This document shows, piece by piece, positions 8,953 through 17,361 of a stretch of 64,000 bases of DNA; the first letter of the stretch is position 1, and every line of letters begins with the position of its first letter. The notes beneath the pieces were generated by a model. That model was given only the letters and a program-made list of their open reading frames with translations, was not told the DNA's origin and ran no database searches. Both the position numbers and the translations under genes were made by a program. The stretch covers positions 19,748 to 83,747 of the forward strand of contig DDTM01000021.1 of NCBI GenBank assembly GCA_002344075.1. The letters are read 5' to 3'. The stretch comes from Bacteroidetes bacterium UBA2364 (lineage in GTDB: Bacteria > Bacteroidota > Rhodothermia > Rhodothermales > UBA2364).

Positions 8953-9642
8953 TCATATGGGTTTGTACCTAAACGATCCGAAGTCTTGACTTGGCCAAAA
9001 ATACCCACGCGGTCGTTTCCTAGTTTTTAAGGTAAAAGCTGGCTCGATGTGGATAAATGAACCCCCTTTTTCTACTGGAGTACAATAACTGTTCAAGACG
9101 GGGTCGCAGTTTTGTTGAGCATCTCCTGCCGTAATTTGGACCACTTCAAGACTCAAAGTAGTCCTTGCGATTAGATCAGACAAAAGACCATAATTTTTCC
9201 ATCTCACCCAATACATTGGAGGAGTAAACGTATGGGTTAAACTGGGCTGGACAAACAGCCGACGCAAAGGAATCTGTTTATGGTAAATCCTCCTCGTATC
9301 ACCATCAATTTCAGCCAGGCTAAAAGTTTTTAAATTTCCGAGACCACCACCACCCCAAACCGCCATCCGAACGGAGGGAGACAAAGGGATGTTATAAGCG
9401 CCAACCGCAGTTTCCAACCGCTTGCTAACCCCAAACTCAGTGTCAAGTACCCAAAACTCAACTGTTCCTTTGTTGTAATGCGCATGTAGATTGACCGCAA
9501 GGTCGTTGGTTATGGCGCTGCTTATTTGAAGATTTTGTGTGTCCACCATGATATCCCAATCACCTGCTTTTTCTAAGTGTGGGACCACGGCTGTTCCGGG
9601 TATATAGGTATTTACACAGCCACTCACGAAAAAGGACAGCAT
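8953..9642 (-). CDS. Hypothetical protein, possible lipoprotein (start uncertain)
   Basis: A 229-codon ORF beginning MLSFFVSGC. The Cys lies only 9 residues from the ATG, and the upstream in-frame sequence looks like the missing part of the signal peptide (see findings). Confidence 0.5.
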   Translation of the reverse strand: MLSFFVSGCVNTYIPGTAVVPHLEKAGDWDIMVDTQNLQISSAITNDLAVNLHAHYNKGTVEFWVLDTEFGVSKRLETAVGAYNIPLSPSVRMAVWGGGGLGNLKTFSLAEIDGDTRRIYHKQIPLRRLFVQPSLTHTFTPPMYWVRWKNYGLLSDLIARTTLSLEVVQITAGDAQQNCDPVLNSYCTPVEKGGSFIHIEPAFTLKTRKRPRGYFWPSQDFGSFRYKPI

Positions 9643-9799
9643 AAATAAGGCAGGTGCTATAGGATGAGATGAGATGATTTTTATGGCAAAAATGGTTGGT
9701 TATGATGGGATAATCAATATAATACTTTTTTGTTCCTTGCTAAAGTAGTAAAGTTAATGTATGTTAAAGCCTGACTCCCTTCACCTAAATCATAAGCTT

Positions 9800-11278
9800 A
9801 TGAACCGGAGACGTTTCCTTAAACAAAGTGCATGGGCTATTCCAGCACTTGCCATTCCAGAGTGGATATTATCCGATCCTTATCGACCACTTCCGATGAA
9901 CACCTTGCCCTTTACACCTGTTCGGATTCGAGGAGCAGTGCAAAGTAATGGCAAAGGCATTCCCCATGTAGCTGTAACGGATGGCATATCGGTAGTTACC
10001 ACCGATGCAAAGGGGACCTTCACCTTGATTTCCACTTCTAATCAGCCTTTCGTATATGTCAGTATTCCGGCGGGGTATAAAATCCCCCAGAATGCAACGG
10101 GAACTGCACGGTTTTATCAGCCCATCCGGTCGGATAATAAAGGTGAGATGACGGCCCTGTTTACACTACAACCAGAAGATGTTTCGCAAGAAAGTCATCG
10201 CTTTTTGGCACTGGGCGATGTTCAGACCCAAAATAAATACGAAACGGCACGTTTTCTGAACGAGACCATACCAGACATTCAACAAACGCTTAATACCGGA
10301 ATGGCTGCCTTTGGTGTTTCGGTGGGTGACATCATGTTTGACGATCTATCGCTTTATCCTGATTATGAAGCAGGCGTTCAAAAAACAGGGATTCCGTTTT
10401 TTCAGGTGATGGGTAACCACGATTTGGATTTTGATGGATTCACGGACGAGTCCTCTACCCGTACATTTACCCGTCATTTTGGCCCCACATATTATTCATT
10501 TAATCGTGGCGCCGTGCATTATGTGGTTTTGGAAGATGTGATGTGGGTGAAAAGTGGTTATTTGGGATACATTCACCAAGAGCAATTAACTTGGTTGGAA
10601 CAAGACTTGGCTTTGGTGGACAAGGGGCGTCCGGTTGTTGTGTTCTGGCATATTCCGGCTCTTTCCACACAATATGCCCGCGACGGCGAATCTCGGCCTA
10701 ATATCGCCAACTGTGTTACCAACCGAGAAGCCATTTACCGCTTGCTTAAGCCCTACCAAACACACGTCATTTCTGGGCATACCCACGAACACGAACATGT
10801 GTATGAAGGAGGCGTGCATGAACATATTTTAGCGACGGTGTGTGGTGCATGGTGGAGCGGCGATATTTGTTCGGATGGCGCTCCCAATGGCTATGCAGTC
10901 TTTGAGGCCAATGGCGAGTCTTTATCGTGGCGATACAAAGCGACAGGGCAAGCAGATGACTATCAGTTACGGCTGTACAAAGCGGGGAGTGAGCCTCAGG
11001 CCCCAGATGAGTTGGTCGCCAATGTCTGGGATTGGAATCCGAATTGGCAGGTAGCTTGGTATGAAGACGGGATCCGAAAGGGCTTGATGTCGCGTCGCCT
11101 CGGATACGATCCCTTGGCGGTTGAGCAAATGTTAGGCAACCAAAAACCGTCTCGGCGGACGTGGGCAGAACCCAATCGGACGCACCATTTGTTTTATGCA
11201 CCTGCTCCAGCAAAAGGGAGCAATGTTATCGTTGAGGCCATTGATCCGTTTGGGCGAACATATCGCTCAACCCTTTGA
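9800..11278 (+). CDS. Tat-signal calcineurin-like metallophosphoesterase
   Basis: The start is chosen at MNRRRFLKQSAWAIPALA (ATG at 9800). Metallophosphoesterase motifs: GDVQ, GDIMFDD, GNHD, GHTHEHEH. Confidence 0.85.
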   Translation: MNRRRFLKQSAWAIPALAIPEWILSDPYRPLPMNTLPFTPVRIRGAVQSNGKGIPHVAVTDGISVVTTDAKGTFTLISTSNQPFVYVSIPAGYKIPQNATGTARFYQPIRSDNKGEMTALFTLQPEDVSQESHRFLALGDVQTQNKYETARFLNETIPDIQQTLNTGMAAFGVSVGDIMFDDLSLYPDYEAGVQKTGIPFFQVMGNHDLDFDGFTDESSTRTFTRHFGPTYYSFNRGAVHYVVLEDVMWVKSGYLGYIHQEQLTWLEQDLALVDKGRPVVVFWHIPALSTQYARDGESRPNIANCVTNREAIYRLLKPYQTHVISGHTHEHEHVYEGGVHEHILATVCGAWWSGDICSDGAPNGYAVFEANGESLSWRYKATGQADDYQLRLYKAGSEPQAPDELVANVWDWNPNWQVAWYEDGIRKGLMSRRLGYDPLAVEQMLGNQKPSRRTWAEPNRTHHLFYAPAPAKGSNVIVEAIDPFGRTYRSTL

Positions 11279-11300
11279 TGTTGGATAAGGCCCACAGAAC

Positions 11301-11337
11301 AAAATGCCTTTGGTCTGTAAACCGAAGGCGTTTTGTG
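11301..11337 (+). terminator. Probable rho-independent terminator
   Basis: AAAATGCCTTT ... GAAGGCGTTTT forms an 11-bp stem with two G-U pairs. A T run follows. Confidence 0.5.
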
Positions 11338-11355
11338 CAAGCCTTATAAATTGGG

Positions 11356-11943
11356 CTATGGAAGGATATAGGCTGTTTTTACCAAATCTACAATGGTAGC
11401 TTCTTCAGGTAAAAACAAACGCATCCGATCTGCGGTTAAACTCAGTATCTGGATAAACCACTTTGGCTGATATTGGGGGCCGGGCTCCATATGCAGGCTA
11501 TTGATGGCGATTTTGTACCGATGAATCCGCGCATTACGGATATGCCCGCTTGCGTCTTTGTTGTAGAGGGAAAGGGTGCTGTCTCGAAAAAAAACTGCCA
11601 CAAACGGCGTTTCGATCGCATTAATGATGCGGCTCACCTCTCTGCTACTATCCTCTATGACCCAACGCCGAAATGCCCGGCTTGCACGCCGATTCAGATC
11701 GTCCAGTTCGGCATCAAATCCGTAATACCGCTTGGCTCGTTCGGCTTTTATCTGCTGGTAAACTTGGATGGCTTGTGGTATAGGATTCTGTTTTTTATCT
11801 ACTTGTGTGCCTTGCTCAGAATAAGAGATAACTTCCCAACGGCCAATGAGCCATTCAGGGTTGGGTGTTGGACTAGGTTGGGCTGGGCTGGTGGTCGCGG
11901 ATATGAACCATCCAAACACAAAGAAGAGGTGTTTCGGTGACAT
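11356..11943 (-). CDS. Hypothetical secreted protein
   Basis: Signal-like N-terminus (LFFVFGWFISATTSPAQ), then a WLIGRWEV-type beta start. No family was recognised. Confidence 0.55.
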   Translation of the reverse strand: MSPKHLFFVFGWFISATTSPAQPSPTPNPEWLIGRWEVISYSEQGTQVDKKQNPIPQAIQVYQQIKAERAKRYYGFDAELDDLNRRASRAFRRWVIEDSSREVSRIINAIETPFVAVFFRDSTLSLYNKDASGHIRNARIHRYKIAINSLHMEPGPQYQPKWFIQILSLTADRMRLFLPEEATIVDLVKTAYILP

Positions 11944-11994
11944 CTGAAATGAGGTTTTATGGAAAAATAAAAATACAACGGCGTTATATTTTCA

Positions 11995-12161
11995 CGAAAG
12001 TCCCCATAGGAAGTTCCAAAAGGAACTATCATTGTTAAGTGGCTATGCAACTTCCATTTGGTGCGTTTCAAAACTTCCCAAAGTACCTCGTGAATACCTC
12101 TTTCACATTTTATGCGGCCTATTGGATTTTCGTATGATGTCGCCCCTACGGGGCTTTTTTT
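11995..12161 (+). ncRNA. Candidate small transcript (sRNA or mRNA of a 30-aa peptide) ending at an orphan terminator
   Basis: A plus-strand terminator sits at 12142-12161, yet no annotated plus-strand gene lies upstream. An internal hairpin AGTTCC-AAAA-GGAACT lies at 12012-12027. A small ORF at 12045-12137 ends 5 nt before the terminator stem. The 5' end and the promoter are not defined. Confidence 0.25.
12142..12161 (+). terminator. Orphan rho-independent terminator
   Basis: GCCCC-TAC-GGGGC followed by seven T. The stem is short but entirely G-C. Confidence 0.5.
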
Positions 12162-12307
12162 ATGCACGTCACCAGTTCCCCAACGGCAGGCAAAGATGCC
12201 TTTTACATCCTACCTAATCTAAGTGTGTCGTAATGTCTATGGGCATTTTTGAAATGCACCCGCTTCCGTTTGTCCGAAAAAAATAGTACACCTCAATATT
12301 TAAGTAC

Positions 12308-13000
12308 TTAAAAACTAATTACATTGTATTTGATCTTAAACCGTAATTGAATGGTGTGTCGGACCTTTACAACCTTGCCTTCATGCATTCCTGGTTTCCA
12401 TTTTGGCATGGCTTTTACCAACCTAATCCCCTCTTCGTCGCATCCTCCTCCAATGCCTTTTACTACCTCAATATCCGAAATAGATCCATTCTCAGTTACA
12501 ACAAACTGAACAAAAACAGTACCTTGAATTCCTTTTTCGTGTGCCTTTTGTGGATATTTGATGTGTTCAATGAGGTATGCGTTCAACGCAGCTAATCCAC
12601 CCGGAAACTCTGGTGGTGTATCTACAAAAGCCCTGACCTGTTCTTGGCTTGGAGGAACTCCCGATCCAAGTGGCAGATCTGAAGGCGTTGCTTGGAGGGA
12701 AATCCCTTTATCTAAGGCTTCTTCTGTGGTCAGATCTAAATAGGCCTCGTCTGTGAAGGTTACTCGGATAGGCTTGACGTTTTGAGGATGGTAAGTAATC
12801 GTTTTAATTGTCTTGATTTTGCCCTCCAAAACCATTGTTTTTACAGTATCGGAAGGTATAATGGGGATGGGGATGGCATGGAGTGCTGTCATGACGTGGT
12901 GGTGGGAACCTGTTGCAACAGCCATTCCGGTAGAAAATACCAAGAACAAAAGACTCCACCCAACATAAGAATTTCGATAGGTATAAAATTGTTTTATCAT
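12308..13000 (-). CDS. TonB C-terminal domain protein; paralog of the C-terminal half of the adjacent BlaR1-TonB gene
   Basis: The start is chosen at MIKQFYTYRNSYVGWSLLFLVF (ATG at 13000). The longer ORF to 13186 runs through the upstream terminator. TonB_C features: PEFPGGLAALNAYL, QGTVFVQFVV, GIGGGCDEEGIRLV. Confidence 0.75.
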   Translation of the reverse strand: MIKQFYTYRNSYVGWSLLFLVFSTGMAVATGSHHHVMTALHAIPIPIIPSDTVKTMVLEGKIKTIKTITYHPQNVKPIRVTFTDEAYLDLTTEEALDKGISLQATPSDLPLGSGVPPSQEQVRAFVDTPPEFPGGLAALNAYLIEHIKYPQKAHEKGIQGTVFVQFVVTENGSISDIEVVKGIGGGCDEEGIRLVKAMPKWKPGMHEGKVVKVRHTIQLRFKIKYNVISF

Positions 13001-13174
13001 AACTTCACTTTCATGATTTAAATGGTCTATGACGAAAGTACTTGGAACACAAGTAAAATTATTTATATGGCTTTTCAGAATCAGAGTAGTTTTTACTGAA
13101 ATATACAAATACGAGATTCTATCGAAAGTATTAAATTTCATTGTTCCAAAAAAGTTTCTACCCAAAGTTCTTTG

Positions 13175-13212
13175 AAAAAACGGCATAAGACTTTGTACAT
13201 CGTCTTATGCCG
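13175..13212 (-). terminator. Rho-independent terminator of the blaI/blaR1-like operon
   Basis: Minus strand: a perfect 11-bp stem CGGCATAAGAC ... GTCTTATGCCG followed by TTTTTT. It lies about 20 nt below the stop at 13234. Confidence 0.8.
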
Positions 13213-13233
13213 TTTCACAATATCCTATCGTTT

Positions 13234-14886
13234 TTACGATAGTTTAAAAAGTACCTGAACAGTGTATCGGACTTTGACGGGTGTTCCTTCATGAGAACCG
13301 GGCGTCCATGATGGCATTTCTTTCACCAAGCGGAGTGCTTCTTCGTCGCATCCTCCGCCAATACCCCGCACTACCTTTGCATCCTCAATATGTCCTTCCT
13401 TATTCACTACAAACTGAATAAAAACAGCGCCTTCAATACCTGCACGTTGTGCTTCGGTGGGGTATTTCAGATGAGTCGTAAGGTATGTCCTTAGGCCGTT
13501 CGCACCACCCGGAAATTGGGCATGCACGTCCACAAACGTCCACACATTATCTTTGTCTGGCGTTGTATCTGATTTCGATTTGTGGTCTTCCGGATTTGCA
13601 ACCTTATAATTCAAAGGCTTTTCTATCCATTTGCCATTCGGCGGTGGTGGTGGCGGTGGTGGTGGTGGTGGGAGCAGAATCCCCTTCGATAATGCTTCGT
13701 CCGAGGTCATGTCCAAAAAAGTTTTGTCTGTAAACGTTACTCGAATTGGTTTTGGGTTTTTCGGGTGGACACTTACTGTTTTGATGGCTTTTATTTTCCG
13801 CTCTACCATCATGGTCTTAACTGTGTCGCGTGAGGCTATAGGTGTGCCATCTGGCTTTATAATTGTCATGGGGCGCTCAAAAAAACCTGTTGCGGCAGTG
13901 AGTCCACTAGCAAAGATTAAAAGCAACAGACTCCACCAGAGATGGGAATGTCGGTATGAATAGGTTTGTTTTTTCATGGTTTGAACCCTTCTTTTGAGTT
14001 GATGAAATTGCGGCGAGGCCATCGCGGAAAGCAATGGATTCGTTCGCTCGGATTCGCTTGCAAGCAATTTGTATAATAATTGGGCATAAGTTTGCCGAGA
14101 CACCCCAGGCCCAGACAAAACCTCGGCGTCGCAGGTAGCTTCGCGGGCAAACATAATTTCTTGGTGGCAATGCTTGACCAACGGATGCCAACCCAATACC
14201 AACAAAAGGCATTCTTCCAAAAAACGCCACAACACATCCACTCGGCGGATATGTACCAGTTCGTGGTGGATCGCCATTGTGCGTGCATGGCTGGGCGGCA
14301 ATAGCGCCGGCGGGAACACCAAAACAGGGCTAAAGATGCCAAAAGTGAATGGGGAAAAGGACATTGGGGCCGTAAACAGCCGAACATCACGGCGGATACC
14401 CATCTGTGTACTCCGATTTTGTACCTCGGCGATGAATTCGGGGGTGTTTACCAGAGAAAGTAAGTTGCGCAATGCCCGCAAATCTTGCCATGAAGCCCAG
14501 AGTTGTCTGCCAGACCTCAAGCCACGTAGAACCACCAAAATCCATAACACCAAAGGAATCAGGTATAGTTGTCGTGCCGTGAGTATGGGGGCATTTGAGG
14601 ATGATTCCGGCACTCCGAATGCTCCTTGTAGCAGTTCAAATCCCACCAATCTTGAACTGGCTTCTACCTCCCAAACGGGCAACCAACCCCAATTTGCCCA
14701 CATTACGCCAAATGGCAACGACCAAAAAACCGCCAAACGAACCGCAAGTATGTGACGCGGCGCATCCACCTGAAGAAGGATGCGGTCTATGATCCAGGCA
14801 AAGGCACTCCAAACGCCAATCGGTAGCCAAAAGGCAAACAAAAACCTCGCCCCAGCGTCTTGCAGGGCCTCTAATGTGGTTTCCAT
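13234..14886 (-). CDS. BlaR1-like M56 metallopeptidase sensor fused to a TonB C-terminal domain
   Basis: Multiple N-terminal TM helices. The zinc motif is HELVHIRR (HExxH) in an M56 context. A further TM helix and an 11-residue poly-Pro linker (encoded at 13639-13671) follow. The C-terminal TonB domain shows FPGGANGLRTYL and GIGGGCDEEALRLV. Confidence 0.85.
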   Translation of the reverse strand: METTLEALQDAGARFLFAFWLPIGVWSAFAWIIDRILLQVDAPRHILAVRLAVFWSLPFGVMWANWGWLPVWEVEASSRLVGFELLQGAFGVPESSSNAPILTARQLYLIPLVLWILVVLRGLRSGRQLWASWQDLRALRNLLSLVNTPEFIAEVQNRSTQMGIRRDVRLFTAPMSFSPFTFGIFSPVLVFPPALLPPSHARTMAIHHELVHIRRVDVLWRFLEECLLLVLGWHPLVKHCHQEIMFAREATCDAEVLSGPGVSRQTYAQLLYKLLASESERTNPLLSAMASPQFHQLKRRVQTMKKQTYSYRHSHLWWSLLLLIFASGLTAATGFFERPMTIIKPDGTPIASRDTVKTMMVERKIKAIKTVSVHPKNPKPIRVTFTDKTFLDMTSDEALSKGILLPPPPPPPPPPPNGKWIEKPLNYKVANPEDHKSKSDTTPDKDNVWTFVDVHAQFPGGANGLRTYLTTHLKYPTEAQRAGIEGAVFIQFVVNKEGHIEDAKVVRGIGGGCDEEALRLVKEMPSWTPGSHEGTPVKVRYTVQVLFKLS

Positions 14887-14915
14887 GATGCTTCTGTTTT
14901 TGGGTTATGAAACCG

Positions 14916-15302
14916 TTAATCCGGATCTTCGTCTATTGCGGCAATCATTGCCCGAATTTCGGCCTTTTCCGATTCACTGAGGCGCTCATGCCCCACCAGC
15001 GTTTGTACTAAGGCCACCGACGAACCTTTAAAAACCTTGTCCAATAAATTCTCTAACATTCCGCCGCGTACTTCTTCGGGGGTTCTGATGGCAGAATAGA
15101 TGTACGTTATGCCTTCCGTGCGGTATTGCAAATATTCTTTTCGGGCTAAGTTTTTCATGGTGGTCATGATGGTCGTATAGGCGGTTTTACGCTGACGCAA
15201 GATGCACTCGTGTACTTGGCCTACGGTTGCCTCGCCCAATTCCCAAACGATTTGGAGCACTTCCATTTCGGTTGTGCCTAAAGGATCAATTGGTTTTCTC
15301 AT
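14916..15302 (-). CDS. BlaI/MecI/CopY family transcriptional repressor
   Basis: Winged-helix N-terminus MEVLQIVWELGEATVGQVHECI...TAYTTIMTTMKNLARKEYL. The gene lies immediately upstream of the M56 sensor gene. Confidence 0.9.
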   Translation of the reverse strand: MRKPIDPLGTTEMEVLQIVWELGEATVGQVHECILRQRKTAYTTIMTTMKNLARKEYLQYRTEGITYIYSAIRTPEEVRGGMLENLLDKVFKGSSVALVQTLVGHERLSESEKAEIRAMIAAIDEDPD

Positions 15303-15310
15303 AATTATCG

Positions 15311-15326
15311 TACTATTATTTTAGTA
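15311..15326. promoter_or_regulatory. Candidate BlaI operator dyad 1 (TACTA-N6-TAGTA)
   Basis: TACTATTATTTTAGTA lies 9 bp upstream of the blaI-like ATG. The half-sites TACTA/TAGTA are mutually complementary. The same 15 nt recur in inverted orientation at 15368-15382. Confidence 0.45.
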
Positions 15327-15332
15327 GTTGAT

Positions 15333-15361
15333 AATCTACGAAAGGTAAAACGGTTTGTCAA
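15333..15361 (-). promoter_or_regulatory. Candidate sigma70-type promoter of the blaI/blaR1-like operon
   Basis: Minus strand: TTGACA (15361-15356), a 17-nt spacer, then TAGATT (15338-15333). The two operator-like dyads flank it. Confidence 0.5.
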
Positions 15362-15367
15362 GAGAGA

Positions 15368-15383
15368 TACTAAAATAATAGTT
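15368..15383. promoter_or_regulatory. Candidate BlaI operator dyad 2
   Basis: TACTAAAATAATAGTT. Its first 15 nt are the reverse complement of dyad 1. On the minus strand it lies 6 nt upstream of the putative -35. Confidence 0.45.
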
Positions 15384-15594
15384 GGAAGGAGGGTGCACGA
15401 GGTTCCCAAGCCCATCCGGTTGGATTTTGACGGATTGCCCTTCTATGGTAAAAGTTGGCTTGGTCTTAAGGCAGAGATGGTTTAAATTAAAAGCCTCTTT
15501 CCCATAATAATGTTAAAGCAAACGGGCATACGCCGAAGCCGTGAGCGCATCCCCACCTCCATAACTTCATCTTATATCTTTCATTAAAACTCTC

Positions 15595-16683
15595 ATGCCC
15601 TTTTATCAAAACCTTCATCCAGAACGCGACCAGACAGACAAACGAATTGTGGAAAATCTGATTCGCCTGCGAGGTGCTTTGCGCAAGACCGATATTCCGG
15701 GCCGTTCTTTGAACGACACACTCTTGGTAGCCACGTGGAATCTACGCGATTTTGACAAACCCTCTTTCGGGTTCCGGTCCAAAGAAGCATTTTATTACAT
15801 TGCCGAAATCATTGCACGATTCGATTTGGTGGCCATTCAAGAGGTCTATAAAGATTTGACGGCACTTAATGAGGTGATGCGGATTTTGGGAAGCGACTGG
15901 GATTATATTTTTACCGATGCCACCGAAGGTGCGCAAGGCAATGGCGAGTGCATTGCATTTGTGTTTGATAAGCGAAAGGTGGTTTTTGGGGGCTTGGCTG
16001 GAGAATTGGTAATACCGCCAGAAGACAACAAGCTCGTGCCGCAATTTTGGCGGACGCCCCTTATCTGTGGCTTTCGTGCTGGCTGGGCCAAGTTTATGAT
16101 CTGCTCCGTCCATATCCTGTGGGGCAAGACCCAAGGAAGCAAGCCACCACCAGAGCGCATCGAAGAAATTACACGATTGGCCCAATTCCTGAAAAAACGT
16201 ACCGAAGACAAAACCGCATGGGCCAGAAAACTGATTCTCTTGGGGGATTTCAATATTGGCAAGCATGGAGATGCAACCTATAAACCTCTTGAAGAGGCGG
16301 GATTTATTGTCCCCGAACACCTAAAGGAGGTTTATACCAATATTACACGCGACAAGCAATACGACCAAATTCTGTTTAGGCAACTGGAAGACTCTTTAGA
16401 ATTTATTAAGGGTGGTACTTTTGATTACTTCGAACATGTGTTTCGGGAAGAGGATGAGCCCGCTTATGCAGCCGAAATTGAAGCATACCGTTCAAAAAGA
16501 ACCAAATCTGAACCCAACGACAATCCGGAAACAAGCGAATCTGAGGATAAAAAACGATTGGCCTACTATAGGAAATGGCGTACCTATCAAATGTCCGATC
16601 ATTTACCACTTTGGGTGGCGTTCCGGATTGACTTTTCGGATGAATACCTCGAACGAAAACTAAAACCCCAAACACCTACTTAA
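15595..16683 (+). CDS. Endonuclease/exonuclease/phosphatase (EEP) family protein
   Basis: EEP motifs: VATWNLRDF, FDLVAIQEV, LLGDFN, and the terminal SDHLPLWV. No signal peptide is present. Confidence 0.85.
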   Translation: MPFYQNLHPERDQTDKRIVENLIRLRGALRKTDIPGRSLNDTLLVATWNLRDFDKPSFGFRSKEAFYYIAEIIARFDLVAIQEVYKDLTALNEVMRILGSDWDYIFTDATEGAQGNGECIAFVFDKRKVVFGGLAGELVIPPEDNKLVPQFWRTPLICGFRAGWAKFMICSVHILWGKTQGSKPPPERIEEITRLAQFLKKRTEDKTAWARKLILLGDFNIGKHGDATYKPLEEAGFIVPEHLKEVYTNITRDKQYDQILFRQLEDSLEFIKGGTFDYFEHVFREEDEPAYAAEIEAYRSKRTKSEPNDNPETSESEDKKRLAYYRKWRTYQMSDHLPLWVAFRIDFSDEYLERKLKPQTPT

Positions 16684-16791
16684 TGGCCCGTGATGATCTT
16701 GACAACACGATTCTTGCCTGCGGAAAAGGCCATGATTGGGTTGAATCTTGATTCCACCCAACGTATTTTCTACGACAAAACCTGACTGGCC

Positions 16792-17361
16792 ATGTCCGAA
16801 AAAAAGAAAAAACCCAAAAAACCAACGATTGGAACCTTGCTCATCTCAGAGCCAATGATGACTGACCCCAACTTCCGACGTTCTATTGTGCTTGTCTGCG
16901 ACCATAACGAAGATGGGACTTTTGGTTTGGTATTAAATGATACCTTACCTCATATGCTCTCGGAGGTGTTGGACTACAACAGCAACTTTGATACATCGCT
17001 CCGGTTGGGTGGACCATGTGAACCACAGACCCTGCATGTACTCCATGCGTATGACGATTTACCAGAATCGCAATGGATTGCCGATGGTCTCTACTGGGGA
17101 GCCAATTTTGAAGAATTGGAAAGGCGGTTGGCTTTAGGAACACTTCAGCCCGAAAAAGTAGCCTTTTTCCTTGGATATTCTGGATGGAGTGCCGGACAAT
17201 TGGAAAGTGAAATTCGGCAAAAGGATTGGTTTATTACCACAGTTAAGCCGGATTGGGTCTTTGCAGGCGTCGGTACGCAGGCCTGGCGACAAGCCTTGCG
17301 CCAAATGGGAGGGACTTTCGGCATTTTGGCCAACTTTCCGGATGATCCAAGGCTGAATTAG
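16792..17361 (+). CDS. YqgE/AlgH family protein (UPF0301)
   Basis: LLISEPMMTDPNFRRSIVLVCDHNEDGTFGLVLN, GGPCEP and GYSGWSAGQLESE are characteristic of this family. Confidence 0.85.
   Translation: MSEKKKKPKKPTIGTLLISEPMMTDPNFRRSIVLVCDHNEDGTFGLVLNDTLPHMLSEVLDYNSNFDTSLRLGGPCEPQTLHVLHAYDDLPESQWIADGLYWGANFEELERRLALGTLQPEKVAFFLGYSGWSAGQLESEIRQKDWFITTVKPDWVFAGVGTQAWRQALRQMGGTFGILANFPDDPRLN

Noticed and set aside
9663-9677. (GATGA)x3 tandem pentanucleotide.
   Set aside because: There are only three units, it is intergenic, and there is no evidence of phase-variable function. It may simply be part of the uncertain 5' coding region discussed in the findings.
11799-12167. A 122-aa minus-strand ORF spanning the start of gene 11356-11943 and the following spacer.
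   Set aside because: It overlaps the N-terminus of a better-supported same-strand gene in another frame. It has no recognisable features.
13001-13186. N-terminal extension (MPFFQRTLG...) of the TonB-C paralog given by the ORF track.
   Set aside because: The extension runs through the strong blaR1 terminator hairpin (13181-13212) and an AT-rich promoter-like spacer. Homology to the BlaR1-TonB protein begins only at the internal Met (13000).
13631-13963. Plus-strand ORF encoding a poly-Gly run (GGGGGGGGGGG).
   Set aside because: It is the antisense of the poly-Pro linker codons of the BlaR1-TonB gene.
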